Positions 1-9,020 of a stretch of 64,000 nt of DNA are shown one piece after another. This stretch comes from Mustelus asterias (taxonomy: Eukaryota). The position numbers and the translations under genes are program-made. The notes under the pieces were generated by a model, which was not told where the DNA came from, did no database searches, and saw nothing but the letters and a program-made list of their open reading frames with translations. Within the stretch, counting starts at the first letter, position 1; each line of letters opens with the position of its first letter. The stretch covers positions 744,001-808,000 of the forward strand of contig NW_027590128.1 of NCBI RefSeq assembly GCF_964213995.1. The letters are read 5' to 3'.

Positions 1-496
1 CGGAGCGAGAGAGGAGAGAGGAGGTCGGAGGAGCAGGAGGGAGGACGAGGGACAAGGCACGGAGGGGGGGCCGGTGCCCCAGTCAGGGGGAAAGAGGGGA
101 GGGGGTGCCGGTGTTGGGGGCGCCGGTGTTGGGGGCAGCAGCAATGGGTGGGGGACTTTACTCCTCCAGCCCTTTTGGGCGCAAACAGTTCAAGTCCGGG
201 GTGTCTTCACCGCCCCCCCCCCCTCCCCCGCCGCAGATGGAAAAAACAGTCTGAATTTACTTCACCCCCCCATCCCTTTCAGGCACCGACCTTCTGATGA
301 TGAGGGCACCAGCCCAACCACTCAGTCCCTCGATGTTGAAACGTGCAGTCCTCCCTCCCATAGATGGAAAGAAAAAAGAAAGTCACTCCGTGTCCTCTCT
401 CCCTCCAGGGAGAGAGCACCCTCCAGTGGGCGGACGGACGGCAGGCAGGCCAGACGACAGGCAGGCAGGCAGGCCGGGCTGGAATTAACAAATTAA

Positions 497-569
497 CATT
501 CCTGCCCGGTTCTGACCCGGGGACCTTTCGCGTGTCAGGCAAACGTGACAACCACTTCACTACAGAAAC
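497..569 (-). pseudogene. tRNA-Val-derived pseudogene, anticodon GAC
   Basis: Minus strand reads GTTTCTGTAGTGAAGTGGTTGTCACGTTTGCCT-GAC-ACGCGAAAGGTCCCCGGGTCAGAACCGGGCAGGAATG, colinear with vertebrate tRNA-Val (73 nt). Stems pair, but the T-loop is GTCAGAA (broken B box), the discriminator is G and there is no T4 terminator. Confidence 0.85.
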
Positions 570-754
570 AACCTCTCTGATGTTGGAGACAGGAGGAAGT
601 TTCAGTCTGTCTGAAGCTCAATCTTCATTCACGCAAAGCCCGCGCTCTGATCAGCTGGAGGACCAGAGTCCTTCCGGTCCTTCAACTCTTCCTATTAATC
701 AACACCTCAGAAGGTCAGGGGGCAGGATCTGCCCTGCAATTCACAGCTTCCTTC

Positions 755-1035
755 TCCCTTGGACATGCGCAGTCCCGGGCCGGGGGGAGGGGGAGATCAC
801 CAAGCGGCTTCTCGCTCTGGCCGGAGCCGCCAGCCGGTTGCCTGGAAACCTTAACTCGATGTGGTGTAGGGGGAGGGGAACAATGGGTGGGGGCGGGGCT
901 CCCGGGTCCGCGCGCCCGGGCCTGCGCACTGGAACCCGGGGCGTCACCGCGGAGCAGAGTGATTCCTATTGGCTGATTCAAGGATGGCTCCACTGTGACG
1001 TCACAAAGGGGAAGTTGGCCAATGATGATGTAATT
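755..1035. promoter_or_regulatory. CpG-rich promoter-like region (NRF1 half-site, GC box, CCAAT x2, CRE)
   Basis: catgcgcag at ~764, gggggcgggg at ~889, attgg at ~968, perfect tgtgacgtcaca at 994-1005 and ccaat at ~1019. Confidence 0.5.
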
Positions 1036-1782
1036 TAAACAATGCCTTGAGATCACTTCACTTCTTGGTCAGACCCCCTTTTCAGTCCAGTGCTACTTGG
1101 AGTTTACCGTCAATTCAACAACTATTGGGTTACAAGTCCCTCACAGTTCTGATCACAAATTTATGATAAAATAATTCAAATAATGCATGAGAACGCTTCT
1201 TAACTAACTACCTACCACTGTTTGTTGATTGATCAGACCCCCTTTTTACACATTCAGGAATCTCAGCCACTGAACACCAGCCGGTCCTGGGATAAGTTTA
1301 ATTCTAACTCATTATGAGTAAATATTCTCACCAGGTCCTCTTTCAGAGCCCTGCTAAGCAGCTTTAATGGTTCATGATTGCAGAAACTGAGCAGTCACAG
1401 GAATGTGGTCAAGATAGTCATGTCCCACAATGCCTCGCATTTAATCTGCAGTCCTTCAGTTATAACAGAATATGTGGCTGTCTGTAGCTGCCTCGGCCAC
1501 GATCAGCGCCAACACTGCCTTCCTGAACTGCTATAATGCCAAAGGTGTAAGTACACCCACAGTGCTGTTAGGGAGGGATTTCCAGCTACACATTCCATAC
1601 TTCCTCTAGACTGTGGGTGGATACGAGATTGATACATTTCATTCAACTGCACCCAAGCTGAGTTATTCAAATCCCTTTATTGTACGTGACAATATATTCA
1701 TGATTTCTTTAAATCAGAAATTAAACATTCCCATTTGATTTCAGGTATTAACATATTCTGTTCGTTTGTTCTTTATTGTCAA

Positions 1783-2075
1783 TGACAGGCTGGGGTTGTT
1801 CTCCTTGGAGCAAAGGAGGTTGAGGGGAGATTTGATAGAGGTGGACAAGATTCTGACAGGTTTAGATAAGGTGGACAAAGAAAAGCTGTTCCCATTAGCT
1901 GACGGGACAAGGATGAGAGGGACACAGGTTTATGGTTTTGGGTCAGAGAGGAAGGCGGGATGTGAGGAAGAATATTTTGATGCAGTGAATGGTAATGACC
2001 TGGAACTCGCTGCCTACGAGGGTCGAGGAAGTGGAGACAATAAACAATTACAAAGGAAATTGGATGGGCATCTGG
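1783..2075 (+). mobile_element. CR1 LINE ORF2 3' fragment
   Basis: Translates as RLGLFSLEQRRLRGDLIEV, the CR1 ORF2 C-terminal motif. Confidence 0.8.
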
Positions 2076-2332
2076 GGGAGTTTCAAACAGAAATAGTGAC
2101 TCTTAACTTCCTAACACCCTGTCACTCTGTGATCCTTGTGAAATTTGAAACCAGGTATTCGCAACAAGACTCAAAGAGCATCAGCCCACTGGAGGCAAAG
2201 ACATGAAACCGGCCAGTCCAACAGAAAGAAACCCTCCGACCCTCCCCATTGACCAACTGTGAGAATGAACAAAATGCAGTCCTGGATGTAATTGAGAGCA
2301 GAAAGAATAACAGCAGAATCCAACCCCTGGAA

Positions 2333-3568
2333 TCACTCGTGAACTCGCTGGTGTTTCAGCAGCTGGGATGAAACTATGAATCCCTTCCCACACTGAGAGC
2401 AGGTGAACGGCCTCTCCCCAGTGTGAACTCGCTGGTGTATCCGCAGGTTGGATAACTGACTGAATCCCTTCTCACACTGAGAGCAGGTGAACGGCCAGTC
2501 CCCAGTGTGAACTCGCTGGTGACACCGCAGGGTGAATAAATCAGTGAATCCCTTCCCACACTGAGAGCAGGTGAATGGTCTCTCCCCAGTGTGAACTCGC
2601 TGGTGCGCCTCCAGCTTAGCTAACTGACTGAACCCCTTCCCACACATAGAGCAGGTGAATGGCCACTCCCCAGTGTGAACTCGCTGGTGTCTCCGCAGAG
2701 TGGATAAATCAGTGAATCCCTTCCCACACTGAGAGCAGGTGAAAGGTCTCTCCCCAGTGTGAACTCGCTGGTGTCTCTGCAGGTTAGCTAATTGACTGAA
2801 CCCTTTCTCACACTGAGAGCAGGTGAACGGCCTCTCCCCAGTGTGAACTCGCTGGTGTTTCCGCAGGGTGGAAATATCAGTGAATCCCTTCTCACACTGA
2901 GAGCAGGTGAACGGCTTCTCCCCAGTGTGAACTCGCTGGTGTGCCTGCAGGCTGGATGACCGAGTGAATCCCTTCCCACACTGAGAGCAGGTAAACGGTG
3001 TCTCCCCAGTGTGAACTCGCTGGTGTCTCTGCAGGTTAGATAATTGACTGAACCCCTTCTCACACTGAGAGCAGGTGAACGGCCTCTCCCCAGTGTGAAC
3101 TCGCTGGTGCGTCCGCAGGGTGGATAAATCAGTGAATCCCTTCTCACACTGAGAGCAAGTGAACGGCCTCTCCCCAGTGTGAACTCGCTGGTGTGTCTGC
3201 AGGTTAGATAATTGACTGAACCCCTTCTCACACTGAGAGCAGGTGAACGGCCTCTCCCCAGTGTGAACTCGCTGGTGCATCCGCAGGGTGGATAAATCAG
3301 TGAATCCCTTCTCACACTGAGAGCAGGTGAACGGTTTCTCCCCAGTGTGAACTCGCTGGTGTCTCTGCAGATGGGATACCCGAGTGAATCCCTCCCCACA
3401 CTGAGAGCAAGTAAATGGTCTCTCCCCAGTGTGGCTGCGCCGATGAGTTTCCAGCAGGGATGGGACTTTGTATCTTTTCCCACAGTCCCCACATTTCCAT
3501 GGTTTCTTTCCTCTCTCTTCAGTTGAAGACTCGTCCACACACAGAACAGTCCCCCGCCCCTCCCCCAC
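2333..3568 (-). CDS. C2H2 zinc-finger array, 14 fingers; start ATG lost (possible recent pseudogene)
   Basis: 14 intact CxxC..HxxxH units with TGERPF-type linkers. Splice acceptor ttttacag|g gives an exon start at 3824. The MEKPW ATG found in paralogs is deleted. Confidence 0.85.
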   Translation of the reverse strand: MGEGRGTVLCVDESSTEERGKKPWKCGDCGKRYKVPSLLETHRRSHTGERPFTCSQCGEGFTRVSHLQRHQRVHTGEKPFTCSQCEKGFTDLSTLRMHQRVHTGERPFTCSQCEKGFSQLSNLQTHQRVHTGERPFTCSQCEKGFTDLSTLRTHQRVHTGERPFTCSQCEKGFSQLSNLQRHQRVHTGETPFTCSQCGKGFTRSSSLQAHQRVHTGEKPFTCSQCEKGFTDISTLRKHQRVHTGERPFTCSQCEKGFSQLANLQRHQRVHTGERPFTCSQCGKGFTDLSTLRRHQRVHTGEWPFTCSMCGKGFSQLAKLEAHQRVHTGERPFTCSQCGKGFTDLFTLRCHQRVHTGDWPFTCSQCEKGFSQLSNLRIHQRVHTGERPFTCSQCGKGFIVSSQLLKHQRVHE

Positions 3569-4529
3569 CGCTGTGAATGGTGTGATATTTATTCAGGCTG
3601 TGTAACTGGTTCAAGCTCAGTGCACTGGAACACATTCACTCCAGTCTGGCAGTGTGTTGGCACTTTTCCAGTCACTGATGTTTGAAATCTTTTCAAGTCA
3701 TCAGACCGGACAACCATTTCTCCTCGATTCAAAGGCCGATGATATTCAGGTCCCAAGGAATGTGACTCTGGCAGATCTAGATGTGACGTTTGAGATTTCA
3801 GCCTGTGATTCCCCTTTCAGTATCCTGTAAAACAAGTTTACAGAGGTCATCAGTGTCAGTGCAGGATGGAAATTCAGAACACGCAATTCTAGTTTCTATG
3901 GAACATTCTTTCCTCTCTCCAGACTCCAAACATTGGCTCTATTCTCTCTCTATCTGGGGGATAGCGTGGGAAATGATGCTGCGGTAGATCAGCCAATTCT
4001 CAATGAATGGTTGAGGCAGTTCGATGGGCTGAATGGCCAACTGCAGCTCCTGTTTCTTATGATTTGTGTGTGGTGGACAGGAAGCAGTGAGCATGGATCT
4101 GTCAATCAGCCTCAATCAGCACCTTCAGGAGAATTGGGAGGGTGAGTATTAGATACAGCAGAGTGAGAATGGTGGGAGAGTGTGTGGGATGGAGATTCAC
4201 AGCTTTTGGGGAATGAGAGGAAAGAATGTTCATTAGAATCACAGAATTCCTACATCTTATCAACTGTCCCTGAGCTTTCACAATGAATCTCTCTTCTCAG
4301 GACACTCTTATCTCTGACTTGTCTGTTCTGCTCGCAGTCTCACAAAGCAGCTGCCTGTGTGTTGATACAAGGGGCCCTGCTCGGCAAGTTTAATGCTCCA
4401 TGACTGTGTCTTTAATGACTGAATAACTATAGGAATATGGTCAAGTCAGCTAAATCACATGATGCTTTATATTACGGTTAGTAACGGTCCATTTTGTTAA
4501 CATAGCACATTTGGATATATAAATACAGA

Positions 4530-4710
4530 TAAAAGCAAAATATTGCGGATGCTGGAATCTGAAACAAAAACAGAGAATGCTGGAAAATGTCAGCAGGTCT
4601 GACAGCATCTGTGGAGAGAGAATAGAGCCAACATTTAAAGTCTGGATGACCCTTCATCAGAGCTCTGACAAAGGGTCATCCAGACTCGAAACGTTGGTCT
4701 ATTCTCTCTC
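4530..4710. mobile_element. Penelope-derived short element with head-to-head hammerhead remnants
   Basis: ~97-bp imperfect palindrome 4614-4710 centred on cagagctctg. The arms carry CTGATGA or CTGACAA...gggtc-atcca-gactc-GAAAC-GTT. Related fragments lie at ~10475-10630, 11385-11530, 11890-11935, 57590-57700 and 60875-61060. Confidence 0.6.
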
Positions 4711-5674
4711 TATAAATATATATACGACAGCTGCCTCAGCCTTGGCCCACTCTAACACATGCATGAAGCAGTGCTGACTATATGGAAATGCTCAGATTAA
4801 AGTTTCCTGCCTTTTCTTTAACAGCGAGTGAAAATGTTTATCGGCTTGCAGACCTTCAAAGGAGTCAGTGTCTGCTATTTCAGCATGAACAGGCTAATCT
4901 TCACCTACGTAAGCCCCATAACATTCTGCTTTTCAGCCTTCACCAGAGGGTGAGCAAGACCAGATTTCTCCATAACAAATACCAAAGGCGAGATCTGGGG
5001 ATATGCTATGCAAATAAAAGATTAGCAGAAGTCAATTTTGAATGCGAAAGGGTGAAAAGCTCGGATTTAATTGGCGAATATGTCCGTCAATGAAGGATTA
5101 GAAACATTCCTGGTTTCTGATTTGCTGTAATTGACTATTATTGCCAAGTTATTTTTCTGTAACATCAGAACCACTTGCGGGACAGCTGCACAGGGTTTCT
5201 CCTTGTGCACAAGTTATTAAAGGCCCCACATTGGATTATGCCTGGTGTCCAGTGCTGTTTGTACTCAAGTCGACTAAGAATGCCTAAAGTTGCTGGTACC
5301 CAGGATCTCTGACAACTATCCCTAACCGGACCTTGATTATCCAAAGGTTGGCCAGAATCCTCTCCAGTAACTTACCCGCCACTGTTGTCAGGTTCACCGG
5401 CCTGTAATTACCAGGCTTCTCTTTGCAACCCTTCTTAAACAACGGAACAACATTAGCCACACTCTAGTCTTCCAGAACTTCACCAGTGGAAAGGGATGAA
5501 GCAAATATCTCTGCAAGAGCCTCTGCAATTTCTTCCCCACCCTTCCACAAGATCAGAGGATGCACTTGATTAGATTTATTATTGTCACATGTACTAGTAT
5601 ACAGTGAAAAGAATTGTTTCTTGCACACTATCAAGACAAGGCATACAGTTCATAGAGAAGGAAAGGAGAGAGTG

Positions 5675-5908
5675 CAGGATGTAATGAATCTCTGGAATTC
5701 TCTGCCCATTGAAGTGGTGGAGGCTTCCTCGTTGAATATGTTTAAATCACGGGTAGATAGTTTTCTGATCGATAAGGGAATTAGGGGTTATGGGGAGCAG
5801 GCGGGTAAGTGGAACTGATTCGCTTCAGATCAGCCATGATCTTGTTGAATGGCGGGGCAGGCTCGAAGGGCCAGATGGCCTACTCCTGCTCCTATTTCTT
5901 ATGTTCTT
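5675..5908 (+). mobile_element. CR1 3' end
   Basis: MNLWNSLP..VVEA..LNMFK..VDSFL motif followed by a CR1 3'UTR and tail. Confidence 0.75.
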
Positions 5909-6190
5909 AGTGTTACAGTCATAGCTAAGGTGGACAGAAAGATCAACTTCGTGCGAGATAGGTCCAATCAAAAGTCTGACGGCAACAGGGAAGAAGCTGT
6001 TCTTGAGTTGGTTGGTACGTGAGCTCAGACTTTTGTTTCATTTCCCAAGGAAATAGGTGGAAGAGTGAATGTCCGGGGTGCGAGGGTTGATTATGCTGGC
6101 TGCTTTTCCGAGGCAGCCGGATGTGTACACAGAGTCAATGGATGGGAGGCAGGTTTGGGTGATGGACTGGGCTTCATTCACAATCCTTTG
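5908..6190 (-). mobile_element. Rex1/Babar-type LINE 3' fragment (continues at ~5570-5675)
   Basis: Reverse complement matches the 3' end of the element at 23160-23560. Confidence 0.65.
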
Positions 6191-6199
6191 AGAAATCCT

Positions 6200-8295
6200 T
6201 TGTTGAGAAAAGCATGGATGTTAGGGAACTTGAGGAAATAAATAGTGATGTCTTGAGGAGTGTACATATAACAGAGAAGGAGGTGCTGGAAGTCTAAAAG
6301 TGCATCAAGGTAGATAAATCCCGGGGACCTGCTGAAGTGTATCCCAGGACATTGTGGGAGGCTAGGGAGGAAATTGTGGGTCCCTTAGCAGAGATATTTG
6401 AATCATCGATAGTCACAGGTGAGGTGCCTGAAGATTGGACGGTGGCAAATGTTGTGCCTTTGTTTAAGAAGGGCTGCAGGGAAAAGCCTGGGAACTACAG
6501 GCCGGTGGGTGAGCCTCACATCTGCAGTGGCTAAGTTGCTCAAAGATATTTTGAGAGACAGGATCTACAGGCATTTAGAGACGCAAGGACTGATTCGGGA
6601 CAGCATGGCTTTGTGAGTGGAAAATCATGTCTCACAAATTTGATTGAGTTTTTTAGAACATAGAAAAAAATACAGCACAAACAGGCCCTTCGGCCCACAA
6701 GTTGCGCCGGTCATGTCCCTACCTACCTAGGCTTATATATAGGCTTACCTATCACCCTCAATCCTATTAAGTTCCATGTACTTCATCCAGAAGTCTCTTA
6801 AAAGACCGTATTGAGTTTGCCTGCACCACCACTGACGGCAGCCGATTCCACTACCCACCACCCTCTGAGTGAAAAACTTACCCCTGACATCTCCTCTGTA
6901 CCTACTCCCCAGAATCTTAAACCTGTGTCCTCTCGTAGCAGCCATTTCAGCCCTGGGAAAAAGCCTCCGAGAATCCACCCGATCTATACCTCTCAACATC
7001 TTGTACACCTCCATCAGGTCACCTCTCCAAGGAGAAAAGGCCGAGCTCCCTCAACCTATCCTCATAAGGCATGCCAACCAATCCAGGCAACATCCTTGTA
7101 AATCTTCTCCGCACCCTTTCAATCATTTCCACATCCCTCCTGTAATGAGGCGACCAGAACTGAGCACCGTCCTCCAAGTAGGGTCTGACGAGGGTCTTAT
7201 AAAGCTGCATCATTATCTCCCAACTCCTAAACTCCAACCCTCGATTGATGAAGGCCAGCACACCATATGCCTTCTTAACCACCTCCTCTACCTGCGAGGC
7301 CGATTTAAGAGTCCTAAGGACCCGGACCCCAAGGTCCTTCTGATCCTCTACACTGCTAAGAGTCTTACCCTTGATATTATATTTTTGAAGGGGTAACCAA
7401 GAAGGTAGATGAGGGCAGTGCAGTAGATGTTGTCTACATGGACGTTAGCAAGGCCTTTGACAAGGTACCACATGGTAGGTTGTAGCATAAGGTTAAATCT
7501 CACAGGAGCCAGGGTACGGTAGCCAAATGGATACAAAATGGGCTTGATGACAGAAGATAGAGGGTGGTTGTGGAGGGTTGTTTTTCAAACTAGAGGCTTG
7601 TGACCAGCAGTGTGCCTCACAGATCGGTGCTGGGTCCTCTGTTATTTGCCATTTATATTAATGATTTGGATGGGAATATAGGAGGCATTGTTATTAATTT
7701 TGCAGATGACACCAAGATTGGTGGCATAATGGACAGTGAAGGTTACTAGGATTGCAACAGGATCCTGATCAGTTGGGCCAGTGGGCTGATGAATGGTAGA
7801 TGGAGTTAAATTTAGATAAATGCAAGGTGATGCATTTTGGTGGATCGAACCAGGGCAGGACTTACTCAGTTAATGGTGGGACATTGAAGAGAGTTATAGA
7901 ATAAAGAGATCCAGGAGTACAGGTTCATAGCTCCTTGAAAATGGAGTCACAGGTGGATAGAATGGTGAAGAAGGCATTCAGCATGCTTGGTTTCATTGGT
8001 CAGAACATTGAATACAGGAGTTGGGACGTCTTGTTGGAGGTGTAAAAGACATTGGTAAGGCCACACTTGGAATACTGTGTACAGTTCTGGTCATCCTATT
8101 ATAGAAAGGATATTATTAAACAAGAAAACATGCAGAAAAGATTTACTAGGATGCTACCGGGACTTGATGGTTTGAGTTATAAGGCTGGATAGACTGCGAC
8201 TTTTTTCTCTGGAGCGTAGGAGGCTTTGTAGTGACCTTATAGAGGTCTATAAAATAATGAGGGGCATAGATCAGCGAGATAGTCAATATCTTTTC
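6200..8295 (+). mobile_element. Degraded CR1 ORF2 (RT), interrupted by a nested CR1
   Basis: [38 protein letters not shown] and PHLEYCVQFW motifs, with stops and frameshifts. Confidence 0.85.
6654..7380 (-). mobile_element. 5'-truncated CR1 nested antisense in an older CR1
   Basis: Tail tagaacatag at 6654; ORFs VKKAYGVLAFINRG and EVYKMLRGIDRVD. The host CR1 resumes after a shared T-run. Confidence 0.85.
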
Positions 8296-8426
8296 CCATT
8301 CCATTGTGACCTCACACTCCGACCCATTCCATTATGACATCACACCCTCACACATTCCATTGTGACGTCACACTCTCACACATTCCATTGTGATGTCACA
8401 CTCTCACACATTCCAATGTGACGTCA
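8296..8426. repeat. 28-bp minisatellite x5 carrying CRE palindromes
   Basis: TGACGTCA or variants at 8307, 8335, 8363, 8391 and 8419 (period 28). Confidence 0.9.
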
Positions 8427-8599
8427 GGGCTTCCCTCTCCGATCACAATCCCTGCCGGCCTCCCACATGGGGAGCAGTCAGTGGCGGCAGTCAGCCCGGG
8501 TTTAACACTACAAGCTGCCGCTCCATTTGGTACAAAGGGGGGGGACCGGGAAGTTCATTTCCGGGGTTTGGGTTTGAACAACATGGTGAGAAAGTCTCT

Positions 8600-9020
8600 C
8601 CACCCACCCGCCACATTTATCATTCCCCGCACGCCGCCCTCTACCTCGTATTCATCTCGGTTCCGAGTCAAAACCGTCCCTCCATCGCCATTACCCGCAC
8701 TGCGCATGCTTCAGGTCCCGCCCCTCATTCACTCCGATTGGTTGGAGGACCAGCAGCTCCCGTTCGGTCCTCCAGCCCCGCCCCCTCTTCCTACTGGTCC
8801 GGAGCTGCCGTCAATCAGTTCCCGGGCATTGTGATGTGGAGCATGCGCAGTGGCATTGCTGTCCTTGGCGCTTGTTTGTCCCGGAGAAGCGGAGTCAGCG
8901 TTAGGCGGTGGCTGGGAGGATTTGGAAACACTTTGTGGATCCGCAAACCCTTCAGAATCATTGTCAGCTCCCTGGTTTGCAGCTGCGGGGCTTCTCCCTC
9001 CCGGGAACAGGCCCAGGTTA
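8600..9020. promoter_or_regulatory. Bidirectional-type ZNF promoter cassette with non-coding first exon (minus-strand donor at 8607)
   Basis: Outward-facing NRF1-like sites (actgcgcatgc ~8699, gcatgcgcagt ~8841), GC boxes, CCAAT, inverted repeat 8743-8774 and donor cgg|gtgggt. Confidence 0.65.

Noticed and set aside
2788-3540. Long alternative-frame ORFs over ZNF arrays (also 35495-36034 and 61469-62353)
   Set aside because: Shadow frames of the 84-bp finger repeat.
5005-5020. Octamer ATGCAAAT suggesting an snRNA gene
   Set aside because: No recognisable PSE or snRNA body nearby.
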